A stretch of 64,000 nucleotides of DNA from Candidatus Omnitrophota bacterium (GCA_023247725.1 JAHFFW010000010.1:7734-71733), one strand, 5' to 3'. Positions 43,781 through 55,732 are shown, counted from the first letter of the stretch. The notes: generated from the sequence alone by a model not told the origin. Numbers and translations: made by a program.

Positions 43781-46207
43781 ATGACCCCATCCCATGCTCC
43801 TGGCTGGCCTGGAATTGCCCCTCGCTGGACCTCCAGTGCGAAAAATGGCATTGGCACAGCCCATCGCCATCAAAGTCCTCTCTGGTTTACCCTCAGCCAC
43901 GGTATCTTAAACGAAATTTATTATCCCGGTATTGATCAGGCCTGTACGCGCGATATGGGATTGATCGTCACCAATGGAAAAGATTTTTTCTCTGAGGAAA
44001 AAAGGCACGCGAAAAGCCAAATCCGCTTCTTGACGGAAGGGGTTCCGGCTTATCAGTTGGTCAATACCTGTCATGAGGGCCGCTATATCATTGAAAAAGC
44101 GATTCTCGCTGATCCCAAGCGTCCGGTTTTATTGCAGAGGATCCGTTTCCAGCCGCGGAAAGGTTCACCAGGCGATGATCGTTTGTATGTTTTACTGGCG
44201 CCTCATTTAGGCAACTGCGGTTACGGCAACACCGCCTGGATTGACGATTACAAGGGTGTTCCCACGCTGTTCGCCAAAAGGGAAGGCTATGCGCTGGCCC
44301 TGGCGAGTTCCGCGGCGTGGCTTAAACGCAGCGTGGGTTTTGTCGGTTTCTCCGACGGGTGGCAGGATTTATCCGTCCATAAACAACTCACCCGGGATTA
44401 CACGCTGGCGGAAAATGGCAATGTGGCCTTAACCGGAGAAATCGATTGGCAGCCCACGGGCGGAGAATTCATCCTGGCCTTAGGGTTTGGCGTTGACGCA
44501 GCGGAGGCAGCCCATCGCGCCCGCAGCTCGCTGCAGGAGGGTTTTGACATCGCCCAGGCCCTCTACACTCAAGCGTGGAAACATTGGCAAAATTCCCTCC
44601 TCAATCTGGATAAACCAAGGGTCGGTGATAAGAACAATATCTACCGCGCGAGCACGATCGTCATGCGGTCTCATGAGTCGACCAATTTTCCCGGCGGAAT
44701 GATTGCGAGCCTGTCGGTCCCCTGGGGTTTTGACAAAGGCGACGAAGATCTGGGAGGTTACCATCTGGTGTGGCCGCGCGACCTGGTGCAAACCGCCGGT
44801 GGACTTCTGGCCGCGGGCGCCCACGAAAATGCGCGTCGGGTGCTGAGCTTTTTCCAGGCCACTCAAGAAGCAGACGGCCACTGGGGACAAAATATGTGGT
44901 TGGATGGAACTCCCTATTGGAATGGAATTCAAATGGATGAGACGGCCTTGCCTATTCTCCTTGTGGATTTGGCCTGGCGCGAAAAGGCCTTGACGCAAGA
45001 AGATCGATGGCGATTTTGGCCGATGGTTCGGCAGGCGGCGATTTATTTGCTTCGTAACGGTCCCATCAGCCCGCAGGACCGATGGGAAGAAGTGTCGGGT
45101 TATTCGCCTTTTACCGTCGCAACGGAAATCGTGGCCTTACTGGTGGCCGCTGAATTGGCGGAATTGAATCAGGAGTCCTCGACGGCATTGTATCTTCGCG
45201 AAGTCGCCGACAATTGGTACGCCGCAATTGACCGCTGGATGTATGTCACGGACAACGATTGGTCCCGGAAATATCAAGTGGACGGTTACTACATTCGCAT
45301 TGCGACCATGGATGCGGGGCAGGAGATTAGCGGTCAGGAAAAAATTTTTGTAAAAAATGTGACTTGTGATGAAGCCGTGCAATTGGCCGACCATTTGGTC
45401 AGTCCAGATGCGTTAGCCCTGGTTCGTTTTGGGTTGCGTGCCCCGGATGATTCCCGGATCCTCAATACAATCAAAATTATTGACGCCTTGTTAAAAACCG
45501 AAACCCCCGGCGGTTCCATCTGGCACCGATATAACGGTGACGGTTACGGCGAGCATGCCGATGGTTCCGCATTTGATGGAACCGGCCTTGGCCGGGCCTG
45601 GCCCTTACTCACTGGCGAACGGGCGCACTATGAGCTGGCGGCCGGCCATAAAGAGGAAGCGAGGAAACTTTTAAAGGCCATGGAATTTTTTGCTAACGAG
45701 GGAGGCCTTATTCCGGAACAAATCTGGGATGCGGGTGATATTCCTGAGCACGGGCTTTATTTTGGCCGGCCTTCCGGCTCAGCCATGCCTTTGGTATGGG
45801 CGCATGCCGAGTATGTCAAACTGCTGCGTTCTTTGCGCGACGGAACCATCTTTGACCTGCCGCCGCAAACCGTGCAACGGTATCTGGTCGATCAAGCGGT
45901 CTCGCCTCACACCCTTTGGCGTTTGAATTATCAGCGCCCGTCCATGCCTTGCGGTAAGATCCTGAGGGTTGAGACGATCGCGCCTGTTCTGGTTCACTGG
46001 AGCGCGGACAATTGGAGAACCTCGTCGGACGAAAGAGCGTTCGATACAGGCTTGGGAATTCATGTTGCCGATTTACCGACGCAAAAGCTTTCGGCGGGAC
46101 AAAAGATTCAATTCACGCTGTATTGGCCGCAGGCGAATCGCTGGGAAGGAACAGATTTTTCTGTCGATGTCGTTCCGGATAAAGAAAAACCAGGAAGACA
46201 ATCATGA
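43781..46207 (+). CDS. Glucoamylase/glucodextranase, GH15, with C-terminal CBM-like domain
   Basis: APGWPGIAPRWTSSAK, IASLSVPWG, YHLVWPRDL, QMDET, QDRWEE, WPLLTGER, LIPEQIWD, PLVWAHAEY. Confidence 0.93.
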   Translation: MTPSHAPGWPGIAPRWTSSAKNGIGTAHRHQSPLWFTLSHGILNEIYYPGIDQACTRDMGLIVTNGKDFFSEEKRHAKSQIRFLTEGVPAYQLVNTCHEGRYIIEKAILADPKRPVLLQRIRFQPRKGSPGDDRLYVLLAPHLGNCGYGNTAWIDDYKGVPTLFAKREGYALALASSAAWLKRSVGFVGFSDGWQDLSVHKQLTRDYTLAENGNVALTGEIDWQPTGGEFILALGFGVDAAEAAHRARSSLQEGFDIAQALYTQAWKHWQNSLLNLDKPRVGDKNNIYRASTIVMRSHESTNFPGGMIASLSVPWGFDKGDEDLGGYHLVWPRDLVQTAGGLLAAGAHENARRVLSFFQATQEADGHWGQNMWLDGTPYWNGIQMDETALPILLVDLAWREKALTQEDRWRFWPMVRQAAIYLLRNGPISPQDRWEEVSGYSPFTVATEIVALLVAAELAELNQESSTALYLREVADNWYAAIDRWMYVTDNDWSRKYQVDGYYIRIATMDAGQEISGQEKIFVKNVTCDEAVQLADHLVSPDALALVRFGLRAPDDSRILNTIKIIDALLKTETPGGSIWHRYNGDGYGEHADGSAFDGTGLGRAWPLLTGERAHYELAAGHKEEARKLLKAMEFFANEGGLIPEQIWDAGDIPEHGLYFGRPSGSAMPLVWAHAEYVKLLRSLRDGTIFDLPPQTVQRYLVDQAVSPHTLWRLNYQRPSMPCGKILRVETIAPVLVHWSADNWRTSSDERAFDTGLGIHVADLPTQKLSAGQKIQFTLYWPQANRWEGTDFSVDVVPDKEKPGRQS

Positions 46208-47313
46208 AAGCCATCGCGGTTTTTCCTGACGAAAAAAAAGTCAGATTGATCGACCATGCGCCTGCGAAGATAATGGGTCCCACGCAAGTGAAAATCCGCA
46301 TGCTCGAAGTGGGCGTCTGCGGCACCGACCGGGATATTTGCAATTTTCAATATGGAGCGCCGCCGGCCAATTCCCCTTATTTGGTCATTGGCCATGAATC
46401 GTTGGGAGAGGTGGTGGACGTGGGGCCGGAGGTCTCGCGGGTGGGCGTCGGAGATTTGGTGGTCCTCATGGTTCGACGACCTTGTCCCCATGAGGATTGT
46501 TTTGCCTGCCGCAATGGCCGACAGGATTTTTGTTCGACCGGCGACTTCACGGAACGAGGGATCAAGGAAGTCCACGGTTTCATGACCGAATTTGTCGTCG
46601 ATAGTGAGGAATATGTGAATCGAGTTCCCGCCAATCTGCGGGAGGTGGCGATCCTGACGGAGCCCTTGACCATTGCCGAAAAGGCCCTGATTGAGGTGCG
46701 GCAAGTCCAAGAGCGATTACCCTGGGGGCCGCATCCCGCGGGGCAACCGCTCGGCTATTGCCACAAAGCCGTTGTGCTGGGGGCGGGCCCGGTGGGTCTG
46801 CTCGGGGCCATGGTGCTATTGCATGCCGGGTTTGCAACCTATGTTTATTCGCGCGGTTCATTAGCGAGTCCCGAGGCAGCTTTGGTCCAATCGATCGGGG
46901 CCGTTTTCATTTCATCGTCGACAGATTCCCCCGCGGATTTGCAAAAGAAGGTGGGCCAAATCGATTTGGTCTATGAGGCCACTGGTGCGGCCCAGATTTC
47001 TTTTGAGGTGATGGAAGTTTTGGGCGCCAACAGTGTGATGGTCTTTACGGGAATTCCCGGATTGAAAGCCCCCATTGCCGTGGACGCAGATCTCATCATG
47101 CGAAACCTGGTTTTGAAGAACCAAATATTTTTTGGAACGGTCAATGCCAACCGGGCCGCCTTTGAATATGCGATCAGGGATCTGGGCGCATTGATGGAGA
47201 AGTGGCCGCAGGCGGTGCGGTCGCTCATCAGCGGACGCTATCCTCTCGAATCCTATGAGGACATTCTTCTGGGCCCGAAAAAAGGAATTAAAAATGTTTT
47301 CTTGTTTGAGTGA
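46204..47313 (+). CDS. Glucose 1-dehydrogenase (Zn-dependent MDR family)
   Basis: GVCGTD, GHE, VRRPC..C..C...RQDFC, ERGI, GAGPVG, GTVNA. Confidence 0.9.
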   Translation: MKAIAVFPDEKKVRLIDHAPAKIMGPTQVKIRMLEVGVCGTDRDICNFQYGAPPANSPYLVIGHESLGEVVDVGPEVSRVGVGDLVVLMVRRPCPHEDCFACRNGRQDFCSTGDFTERGIKEVHGFMTEFVVDSEEYVNRVPANLREVAILTEPLTIAEKALIEVRQVQERLPWGPHPAGQPLGYCHKAVVLGAGPVGLLGAMVLLHAGFATYVYSRGSLASPEAALVQSIGAVFISSSTDSPADLQKKVGQIDLVYEATGAAQISFEVMEVLGANSVMVFTGIPGLKAPIAVDADLIMRNLVLKNQIFFGTVNANRAAFEYAIRDLGALMEKWPQAVRSLISGRYPLESYEDILLGPKKGIKNVFLFE

Positions 47314-47327
47314 AACCCGGAGGCAGC

Positions 47328-48011
47328 GTGGCTTCTGATTGGATCGATATTTCCCTCACCCTCAAATCCGCAATGGTGCACTGGCCCGGAGATCCTGAGG
47401 TTCAGATCACACCGGTGCATGAAATCGCCAGAGGGGCACAAGCGAATGTCTCGCATCTTTCCCTGGGTTCGCACACCGGGACCCACATGGATGCGCCCTA
47501 TCATTTTTTGGCTTCGGGAAAAGGCATCGATCAGTTGCCCTTCAATGCAACCATTGGTCCTGCCCGAGTGATTGAAATTCACGATCGGGTTTCGATCAAG
47601 CCAGAGGAATTGAAGGCCCATAGAATCCGTCGAGGCGAGCGGATTTTATTGAAGACCTATAATTCCCAACACCACTGGAAGCGCACGGCCTTCGTGGAAG
47701 ATTTTGTATACATTTCGCCCAACGCCGCGCGATTCCTGGCCCAACGCCAAATAAAAAGTGTCGGCATTGATTATCTTTCCGTGGGAGGCTTCCACGATGA
47801 TGGCGCAGCCACGCATCGTGCGCTTTTAGGTGCCGGCATTTGGATTATGGAAGGGCTTAACCTTGCGAAGGTGAAATCCGGCCTCTATGAGCTCATCTGT
47901 CTTCCACTCAAATTGCATCACGGCGACGGGGCTCCGGCCCGGGCCATTGTCCAGCCTATCATAGAGAAGAGAAGGGGTGTGGTATGGAAATCAAAAAGGA
48001 ATGGGGATTGA
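47328..48011 (+). CDS. Cyclase-family (kynurenine formamidase-like) metal-dependent hydrolase
   Basis: HTGTHMDAPYH, VGIDYLSV, DGAPARA; GTG start after GGAGG. Confidence 0.9.
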   Translation: MASDWIDISLTLKSAMVHWPGDPEVQITPVHEIARGAQANVSHLSLGSHTGTHMDAPYHFLASGKGIDQLPFNATIGPARVIEIHDRVSIKPEELKAHRIRRGERILLKTYNSQHHWKRTAFVEDFVYISPNAARFLAQRQIKSVGIDYLSVGGFHDDGAATHRALLGAGIWIMEGLNLAKVKSGLYELICLPLKLHHGDGAPARAIVQPIIEKRRGVVWKSKRNGD

Positions 48012-48955
48012 TCGGTTTGGGCCGGATGGGAGGCAATCTGGCTTTGCAGGCGATGCAAAAAGGCATGAAGGTGGTCGGCTACGATCTTAAGCAAGCCTCC
48101 GAAGAATTAATCAACGCCGGATTTATTCAGGTGCAGAATTTAGAAGACTTCCAAAAGAATCTTTCCCGGCCAAGAGCGATTTTTCTTTATATTCCTGCCG
48201 GTCCGGCGGTTGACTCTGTCTTGGCAGCCCTGACCGCAAAACTGGAGACCGGAGATATCATTGTCGACGGAGGAAATTCCTATTGGGGCGATTCTATCCG
48301 TCGGTATGAGCGATTGAAGAGCAAGGGGATTCATTTTGTGGATCTGGGAACGAGCGGCGGCGTCGAGGGAGCGCGCCAGGGTGCCTGTTTCATGGCGGGC
48401 GGAGAAAGCCAGGCGATGGAGAGGATCGAACCGATTTTAAAGGATCTGGCCGTGGCCGACGGTTATGTGCATGCCGGCCCACCGGGCGCGGGACATTTCA
48501 CCAAGCTCGTTCATAACGGGATTGAATTCGGAATGCTGCAGGCCATTGGTGAAGGCGTGGATTTATTGGAGCATTACCAGGATCGTCTCGATGTGGCGGA
48601 GATCTTGCGCTCTTGGCGGCATGGCTCGGTCATTCGTTCCTGGCTCGTCGATCTTATGGAAGCGGCATATAGAGGCGAAGGCGGCCTGGGAAAAATTCCG
48701 GCTTACGTGGAAGACACCGGCGAAGTCAATTGGCTGGTGGATGACGCCATTCACATGGAAGTTCCGGTACCGGTCATTGCCCAATCGGTGATGCAGCTTT
48801 TTACCTCGCGTGACGAGAAAAAGAATTGGGCTCGCGCCATTGCCATGATGCGCCACGGTTTCGGCGGTCATCCGTTCGGTCAAGATGAACGGATTGTTCG
48901 CGAACGTAAGGAAGGGCGCATCGGCGGATTCTATAAGGCGCCGGGAAATCAATGA
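47984..48955 (+). CDS. gnd: 6-phosphogluconate dehydrogenase (decarboxylating, short type)
   Basis: GLIGLGRMG, VDGGNS, GTSGG, GHFTKLVHNGIEFG, DTGE, MRHGFGGH. Confidence 0.92.
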   Translation: MEIKKEWGLIGLGRMGGNLALQAMQKGMKVVGYDLKQASEELINAGFIQVQNLEDFQKNLSRPRAIFLYIPAGPAVDSVLAALTAKLETGDIIVDGGNSYWGDSIRRYERLKSKGIHFVDLGTSGGVEGARQGACFMAGGESQAMERIEPILKDLAVADGYVHAGPPGAGHFTKLVHNGIEFGMLQAIGEGVDLLEHYQDRLDVAEILRSWRHGSVIRSWLVDLMEAAYRGEGGLGKIPAYVEDTGEVNWLVDDAIHMEVPVPVIAQSVMQLFTSRDEKKNWARAIAMMRHGFGGHPFGQDERIVRERKEGRIGGFYKAPGNQ

Positions 48956-49171
48956 AGCATGAATAAACTACAATAGCTTTGGTTTAACCCCTTGATGGGA
49001 CGTGAGAACCCATTTTAATCCGCCCATCCGTTTCGATTAACCTCGTCGGAAATCTCCCCACTTAGCCCGAAGTGCATTTACGCTCTAAAACCCTTGCGAT
49101 TAATAGTTGCAAGGATTTTTTTGCGGCTTTGCTTATTTTTCATTAAATCCTCGTCAGATTTGACCACCCGC

Positions 49172-49217
49172 TTGGATATTCAATTTGACTATCAAAGTAA
49201 TTTATGTTGATATTCAA
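49172..49217. promoter_or_regulatory. Candidate MarR operator boxes
   Basis: Three TTG(A)...TCAA quasi-palindromes upstream of the MarR gene: TTGGATATTCAA at 49172, TTTGACTATCAAA at 49184, TTGATATTCAA at 49207. Confidence 0.5.
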
Positions 49218-49241
49218 AATAAATTATGGCATATTGGGAAC

Positions 49242-49712
49242 ATGAAAACTCGTATCCATCCAGAAGCCAAGAACGTGGCAGCGATTTTTTTCCCCACGTC
49301 TGCTGCCTTTTTACGGCTGATGCACGCTAGCCGTATGGTCCCCGAAGGCCTGACTCAGCAACAAATTAAAATTATTATGGAACTGAGCATCACCAGCCGA
49401 TTAAGGCTCTCGGATCTTTCCCGATGCGCGGCAGTGACACATGGCACAATGACGGTCGCCGTCCAGAAACTTCTTAAAAAAGGGCTCATCGTCAAAACCA
49501 AAGACCCGAAAGACAACCGGGCTATCGGTCTGTCCTTGACCGCTAAGGGGAAGACCATCAGTAAGCAGATAGAGAAGGGGACCGAAGATCTGTTCCATAT
49601 GGTTTGTGAGGAACTTTCTAAAGTGGAACGCAAGAAGCTGATTGAGAGCTTTCGTTTTTTATTGAAAACCTATCAAAAGATTCTTGAAAAGAAAGGTGCT
49701 TTAAAAGAATGA
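49242..49712 (+). CDS. MarR family transcriptional regulator
   Basis: GLTQQQ...LSDLS...TMTVAVQKLLKKGLI...DPKDNR...LTAKG. Confidence 0.9.
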   Translation: MKTRIHPEAKNVAAIFFPTSAAFLRLMHASRMVPEGLTQQQIKIIMELSITSRLRLSDLSRCAAVTHGTMTVAVQKLLKKGLIVKTKDPKDNRAIGLSLTAKGKTISKQIEKGTEDLFHMVCEELSKVERKKLIESFRFLLKTYQKILEKKGALKE

Positions 49713-49718
49713 GTAAAA

Positions 49719-50849
49719 ATGAGTAAATCCGTTTATCTATGTCTAGGATTGAGTTTAGTTTTATTATCCGCCGGTTGTCGACCTAAAACTCCGGAGGCGA
49801 GAGAGGCCCCTGCGCCCGAGGTGGGCGTGGTGACGATCACCTCTGAATCTTTGCCAATCATAACGGAATTACCAGGACGCTTGAATGCCGTTCGGAGCGC
49901 CGAGGTCCGGGCCAGGGCCACCGGTATTTTATTGAAAAGAACATTTGAAGAAGGCGCCGATGTTAAAGAAGGCCAGGTGCTTTTTCAAATCGATCCGGCC
50001 CCGCTGCAAGCCAGTTATGACAGCGCCCAGGCATCTTTATCCAAGGCAAAAGCGGTACTGGAACAAGCGGAAGGCAAGGCTAAACGGTTCAAATCTTTAC
50101 TCGATATTCGTGCCGTCAGCCAACAGGACTACGACGACATAATGTCCCTGACTTTGCAAAGTAAGGCGGATTTGGAGTTGGCGAAAGCCGCATTGGAAAC
50201 CGCGCGGTTGAATCTCGGTTATGCAACCGTGACCGCTCCCATTACGGGCCGCATCGGGACCGCGAAGGTCACCGAAGGCGCACTGGTCAGCCAGACGGCC
50301 GGAACGGAATTAGCGGTCATTCAGCAATTGGATCCCATCTATTTTGATTTTACCCAATCGAGTACGGAAGTGCTTCGTTTAAAACAGGCCTTTGAGGGTG
50401 GCAAACTAAAGAGTGTTGCCCCCGGGCAGGCCAAGGTCACTTTGTTATTGGAAGACGGAACAACTTATCCGCTTCCTGGAAAATTACTTTTCTCCGGCAT
50501 CAGTGTTGAGGCAACGACGGGGATGATTACATTAAGGGCTGAATTTCCTAACCCCGATGATCTACTTTTGCCAGGCATGTTCGCCCGAGGACAATTGGAA
50601 CAGGCCGTGGATTCCAAGGCAATTAAAGCCCCCCAGCGGGGAGTGACGCTGGGCCCGAGTGGTACAGCCACGGCGATGGTCGTTACGCAAGACAATAAAG
50701 TTGAATCGAGACCAATTAGAATATCTTCCGCCATCGGCGATCAATGGGTCGTGTCTTCCGGATTACAGGCTGGAGATAAAATTATTGTAGAAGGTTTACA
50801 AAAAGTTAAACCGGGAATGACGGTCCACCCGGTTTCGTTTACCCCGTAG
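49719..50849 (+). CDS. acrA: RND efflux periplasmic adaptor (AcrA/MexA family) lipoprotein
   Basis: Lipobox SAGC, ELPGR...AEVRAR, LFQIDPA, APITGRIG, LLPGMF. Confidence 0.9.
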   Translation: MSKSVYLCLGLSLVLLSAGCRPKTPEAREAPAPEVGVVTITSESLPIITELPGRLNAVRSAEVRARATGILLKRTFEEGADVKEGQVLFQIDPAPLQASYDSAQASLSKAKAVLEQAEGKAKRFKSLLDIRAVSQQDYDDIMSLTLQSKADLELAKAALETARLNLGYATVTAPITGRIGTAKVTEGALVSQTAGTELAVIQQLDPIYFDFTQSSTEVLRLKQAFEGGKLKSVAPGQAKVTLLLEDGTTYPLPGKLLFSGISVEATTGMITLRAEFPNPDDLLLPGMFARGQLEQAVDSKAIKAPQRGVTLGPSGTATAMVVTQDNKVESRPIRISSAIGDQWVVSSGLQAGDKIIVEGLQKVKPGMTVHPVSFTP

Positions 50850-51002
50850 AGGGAAGGCCGCCGACGAAGTCAGCAGTTTCATCTAGAATTTTTTTAGGAT
50901 GGTTTAGAGCGACCCACGAAAACACCCCTTTATACGGGGTTTATTCCGACGGGTGTGAATAGTTCACAAGCCCTGGCGCCCGCAAATCCATTAGAGAACG
51001 AT

Positions 51003-54000
51003 ATGGCCAAATTTTTTATCGATCGCCCGATTTTCGCTTGGGTTGTTTCTTTATTGATTATCATTTTAGGTGCTATTGCCATCACGCAATTGCCGGTGGC
51101 TCAATATCCGAGCGTTGCCCCGCCTTCCATTTCGATTAACACCAGTTATGCAGGGGCCTCGGCGGAAACTTTACAGAATACCGTTACCTCTATTATTGAA
51201 CAGCAAATGAACGGCATTGATCATCTGCTGTACATGTCTTCCAGCAGTAATGCCAGCGGACAGTCCACGATCACTCTGAGTTTTCAGCCCGGCACTAATC
51301 CTGACGTAGCCCAGGTGCAGGTGCAAAATAAACTGCAATTGGCCCTGCCGAGTTTACCTCAAGTTGTTCAACAGTCCGGAGTCACGGTCGCTAAATCCAC
51401 CCGCAATTATTTGATGTTTTTTACTCTTTCATCCCTGGATGGAAGCATGGACGAAATTGCTTTAGGTAACTATATCGCTTCCAGCGTGCTTGATCCTATC
51501 CGTCGGGTGACCGGGGTAGGGGAAGCGAACATGTTTGGGACGGAAAATGCGATGCGCATCTGGCTTAATCCGCAGAAGCTTTATAGTTTTAATATGACGG
51601 CCAATGACGTGATTGCCGCCATCGGTGCGCAAAATATTCAGGTCCCCATCGGCCAGTTAGGCGGGCGTCCTTCCATTGCGGGCCAGCAGTTAAATGTGAC
51701 TTTGCAGGGTCAAAGCACGTTAAGGAACCCGGAAGAATTCGGGAATATCCTTTTGCGGGTGAATCCCGACGGCTCAACGGTGTATTTGCGCGATGTGGCC
51801 AAGGTGGCCTTGGGCGGTTTGGATTATACGACCCAGGCCCGCGTGAACGGTCGTCCTTCGGCGGCGGTTGCGATCAAGCTTTCTCCGACGGCAAATGCGG
51901 TTGCCACCGCCGATGCCGTGCGGGCCAAGGTGAAGGAACTTTCCAAATTTTTCCCGGCCGGTGTACGGGTCGATTATCCCTTGGACCAGTCGGCGTTCGT
52001 GCGCATTTCCATTGAGGAAGTCGTCAAAACGCTTTTGATTGCGATTTTTCTGGTCTTTTTAGTCATTTATCTGTTTTTGCAAAATATTCGCGCCACCTTG
52101 ATCCCGACGATTGTTGTGCCGGTGGCTTTGATGGGGACCTTTGTCATTTTAAAGTTCTGTAGCTTTTCGATCAATGTCTTAACCATGTTCGGTATGGTTT
52201 TGGCGATCGGCATTTTGGTGGATGACGCCATTGTCGTCGTTGAGAACGTCGAACGGATTATGAGTGAGGAAGGACTCTTCCCCCGAGAAGCCAGCCGCAA
52301 GGCCATGGACCAAATCACCGGCGCTTTGATCGGCATCAGCTTGGTTTTAACCGCCGTGTTTATTCCGATGGCCTTCTTTGGCGGATCAGTCGGGGCCATT
52401 TACCGTCAATTTTCTTTGTCCTTGATCTCCTCGATGTTATTTTCCATTTTTTTAGCGATGTCTTTGACGCCGGCCTTGTGCGCATCCTTGCTTAAACCCG
52501 TCGAGAAAGGCCACAAGCACGAGAAAAAGGGATTCTTCGGCTGGTTTAATCACGGTTTTAAGAAAGGCACGGACAAATATCAAACGCTCGTAGGCCGTAC
52601 CCTTAAAACAACGTGGCCGTATCTTCTGCTTTATTTATTGATTGTTATTGTCGTAGGTTGGCTCTATGTCGGCTTGCCCTCATCATTCTTGCCCGAGGAG
52701 GATCAGGGGTACTTCATCACCAGTATTTCTTTGCCTGTCGGGGCAACTCAGGAGCGCACCTTGGAAGTTTTAAAGCAGGTAGAGGACTATTTTCTTAAAC
52801 AATCGGAAACGGAAAGTATTATTACCGTGGCTGGTTTTAGTTTCAACGGACGCGGCCAGAATTCCGCCCTTTCCTTTATCCGTTTGAAAGATTGGAAAGA
52901 ACGTCCGGGCGATGAACATAAGACGCCGGCCATTATCCACCGGTCATTCGGCGCTTTTGCCAGAATCAAAGACGCTATTATTTTTCCCATCAACCTGCCG
53001 CCGATTCCGGAATTGGGGACCTCGTCCGGATTTGATCTTCAGCTGGAAGACCAATCCGGACTGGGGCATGAAAAACTGATGGCTGCCCGGGATCAATTAA
53101 TGGCCTTGGCGGCAAAAAATCCGAATGTGGCAGCGGTCCGGATGCAGGGCTTGGAGGATGCGTCGCAGTTGAAAATTCATATCCAAAAAGACAAGGCCAG
53201 CGCCATGGGGGTTTCCTTGGCAGATATCAATACCGCCCTCCAGGCTAATATGGGTTCATTCTATGTCAATAATTTTGTTAACGGCAATCGCGTGCAGCGG
53301 GTCATTGTTCAATTAGAGGCGCCGTATCGAATGCTGCCGGATGATATCGGTAAGATATATGTCCGGAATCATCAGGGCCAAATGGTTTCTCTGGCCGAGC
53401 TGATCGAACTGGAGTGGACATACGGTTCGCCGCAGCTGCAACGTTATAACGGGTTTCCGGCGATAGAGATCGTCGGTTCGGCACCTCCCGGCAAAAGCAC
53501 CGGTCATGCCATGAACGCGATGGAAGATATGGTCAAACAATTACCCGCGGGATTCGGCTTTGAATGGAGCGGACAATCCTACGAGGAACGACTCTCCGGC
53601 GCGCAGGCACCGGCATTATATGCGATTTCTTTAATCGTCGTATTTTTAGCTTTAGCGGCGTTGTATGAAAGCTGGTCGATTCCTTTTGCCGTTATGCTCG
53701 TTGTTCCCTTAGGTGTCCTGGGATCTTTGCTGGCAGCAAACATACGCGGGTTGCCTAACGACGTTTATTTTAAAGTAGGGCTTTTGGCGATCATCGGTTT
53801 GTCGACGAAAAACGCGATCCTTATTGTTGAATTTGCGAAAGACCTGCAGGCGCAGGGAAAGAGCTTGGTTGAGGCAACGCTAGAAGCGGTCCATTTGCGA
53901 TTGCGTCCGATTTTAATGACATCGTTCGCTTTTATCCTCGGAGTTATGCCTTTGGCTTTAAGCACCGGCGCCGGCTCGGCCAGTCAGCATGCCATTGGCA

Positions 54001-54173
54001 CCGGCGTTGCCGGCGGGATGTTGACGGCGACCGTTTTAGCGATTTTTTTGGTTCCCGTGTTTTTTGTATCGGTGAGAAGTCTATTTAAACCCAAAACGCC
54101 GGCTCACCGTTTATCGGATGAGGATAAAATATTCAATGAAGCTGTTTTTAAAGATGCGGACACCCCGTCATGA
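51003..54173 (+). CDS. acrB: RND efflux permease (AcrB/MexB, HAE1 family)
   Basis: [58 protein letters not shown]. Confidence 0.95.
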   Translation: MAKFFIDRPIFAWVVSLLIIILGAIAITQLPVAQYPSVAPPSISINTSYAGASAETLQNTVTSIIEQQMNGIDHLLYMSSSSNASGQSTITLSFQPGTNPDVAQVQVQNKLQLALPSLPQVVQQSGVTVAKSTRNYLMFFTLSSLDGSMDEIALGNYIASSVLDPIRRVTGVGEANMFGTENAMRIWLNPQKLYSFNMTANDVIAAIGAQNIQVPIGQLGGRPSIAGQQLNVTLQGQSTLRNPEEFGNILLRVNPDGSTVYLRDVAKVALGGLDYTTQARVNGRPSAAVAIKLSPTANAVATADAVRAKVKELSKFFPAGVRVDYPLDQSAFVRISIEEVVKTLLIAIFLVFLVIYLFLQNIRATLIPTIVVPVALMGTFVILKFCSFSINVLTMFGMVLAIGILVDDAIVVVENVERIMSEEGLFPREASRKAMDQITGALIGISLVLTAVFIPMAFFGGSVGAIYRQFSLSLISSMLFSIFLAMSLTPALCASLLKPVEKGHKHEKKGFFGWFNHGFKKGTDKYQTLVGRTLKTTWPYLLLYLLIVIVVGWLYVGLPSSFLPEEDQGYFITSISLPVGATQERTLEVLKQVEDYFLKQSETESIITVAGFSFNGRGQNSALSFIRLKDWKERPGDEHKTPAIIHRSFGAFARIKDAIIFPINLPPIPELGTSSGFDLQLEDQSGLGHEKLMAARDQLMALAAKNPNVAAVRMQGLEDASQLKIHIQKDKASAMGVSLADINTALQANMGSFYVNNFVNGNRVQRVIVQLEAPYRMLPDDIGKIYVRNHQGQMVSLAELIELEWTYGSPQLQRYNGFPAIEIVGSAPPGKSTGHAMNAMEDMVKQLPAGFGFEWSGQSYEERLSGAQAPALYAISLIVVFLALAALYESWSIPFAVMLVVPLGVLGSLLAANIRGLPNDVYFKVGLLAIIGLSTKNAILIVEFAKDLQAQGKSLVEATLEAVHLRLRPILMTSFAFILGVMPLALSTGAGSASQHAIGTGVAGGMLTATVLAIFLVPVFFVSVRSLFKPKTPAHRLSDEDKIFNEAVFKDADTPS

Positions 54174-55570
54174 ATAAATTCCGGTTGATCGGTGTCCTTA
54201 TATGTTTAACCGGTTGTACCTTGATCCCTGACTATCAGCGTCCCGGATTGCCGGTATCATCGGTCTGGCCGGGCCCGCCTTCCAACATCCAGTCTGAGGT
54301 TGTGGCAGATATCGGTTGGCGTGAATTCTTTGCCGACGAACGTCTGCAAAAACTCCTTGAATTAGCCCTGGCTAATAATCGCGATTTGCGTATTGCCGCA
54401 TTGAATGTCGAGCAAATCCGCGCGCAATACCGCATTTTTACTTATGCGTTTTTTCCCAGTCTCGACGGCAAGACAACGGTCCTTCGCCAGCGCGAGGTAT
54501 CATCGTCCGGACAATATACGACGAGCAGTAAATATAGCGTCGGTCTCAATACTTCTTATGAGATGGATTTATTTGGGCGCATTAGAAGTCTCAAGGCTCA
54601 GGCGCTGGAACAATATTTTGCAACCGACGAGGCTAGAAGAAGCGCCCAGATCGTTCTTGTTTCCGAGGTCGCCATTCAATATTTGAATGAACGCGCCTTG
54701 AATGAAGAATTGGTTTTGTCGCAGGAAACACTGAAATCGGTGCAGGCGTATTATGAATTAATTAAAAGCAGTTACGATCTAGGCCACAGGTCTGCATTGG
54801 ATCTGCATTCCGCTGAGGCCCAGGTCCAAACTGCCCAGGCTAATATTGCGGCGTATGAACGCCAGCACGCCCAAGCGGAAAACGCTTTGGTTTTTTTAAT
54901 CGGTCAGTCTTTGCCGGCTGATTTGCCGCCGCCGCAACCTTTGGCGACGCAGCGTTTGCTGAAGGATTTGACGCCGGGTCTACCCTCAGATTTATTGGAA
55001 CGCCGTCCGGATATACTTCAGGCAGAACATGAGTTGAAGGCAGCGAATGCGAATATTGGAGCGGCCCGCGCTGCATTCTTTCCAGAAATTACACTCACGG
55101 CCGCGGGCGGATCTGCCAGCGCGGAATTATCCAAACTTCTGACTCCCGGTTCAGAGGTCTGGAATTTTTCCCCGCAAATCACCATTCCTATTTTTAATCA
55201 GAATACCAATGCGGCTCAATTGGATGTCGCGCGTATTGGTAAATCCATCGCCGTGGCTCGATATGAAAAAGTCATCCAGAATGCTTTTCGAGAGGTTTCC
55301 AATGCGCTGGTCGCGACCGGCACGCTGCAGGATCAAGTCAAGGCTCAGAAGGCTTTAGTGGAGGCTCTAACTCAGCGCTACAAATTAGCCGACGAGCGTT
55401 ATCGCAATGGCGCCGATAGTTATTTGACGGTCTTAACCGCCCAGCAGGATCTTTATGCGGCCCAGCAGAATTTTATTCAGGTGGAATTTACCAGACTTGC
55501 TAATTTGGTGTCTTTCTATAACGCCCTCGGCGGCGGTTGGCAAGAGTCCACTCCCTCAAAAAGTCAGTAA
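54170..55570 (+). CDS. oprM: Outer-membrane efflux lipoprotein (OprM/NodT family)
   Basis: LTGC lipobox, [38 protein letters not shown]. Confidence 0.92.
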   Translation: MNKFRLIGVLICLTGCTLIPDYQRPGLPVSSVWPGPPSNIQSEVVADIGWREFFADERLQKLLELALANNRDLRIAALNVEQIRAQYRIFTYAFFPSLDGKTTVLRQREVSSSGQYTTSSKYSVGLNTSYEMDLFGRIRSLKAQALEQYFATDEARRSAQIVLVSEVAIQYLNERALNEELVLSQETLKSVQAYYELIKSSYDLGHRSALDLHSAEAQVQTAQANIAAYERQHAQAENALVFLIGQSLPADLPPPQPLATQRLLKDLTPGLPSDLLERRPDILQAEHELKAANANIGAARAAFFPEITLTAAGGSASAELSKLLTPGSEVWNFSPQITIPIFNQNTNAAQLDVARIGKSIAVARYEKVIQNAFREVSNALVATGTLQDQVKAQKALVEALTQRYKLADERYRNGADSYLTVLTAQQDLYAAQQNFIQVEFTRLANLVSFYNALGGGWQESTPSKSQ

Positions 55571-55732
55571 ATAGGTTCGGATTTGGTTCAGCCACAGACC
55601 CCAGGCTTCGTTCTATAAGATGAGATAAGAGCCGTATTACGTTCTTGACGCAATTTTCTATACGGCCTATAGTGTGACACGCAGTGTCGAAATCAAATAA
55701 GATTTTGCCGCACTGAAAAAAGGAAGGCAAAA

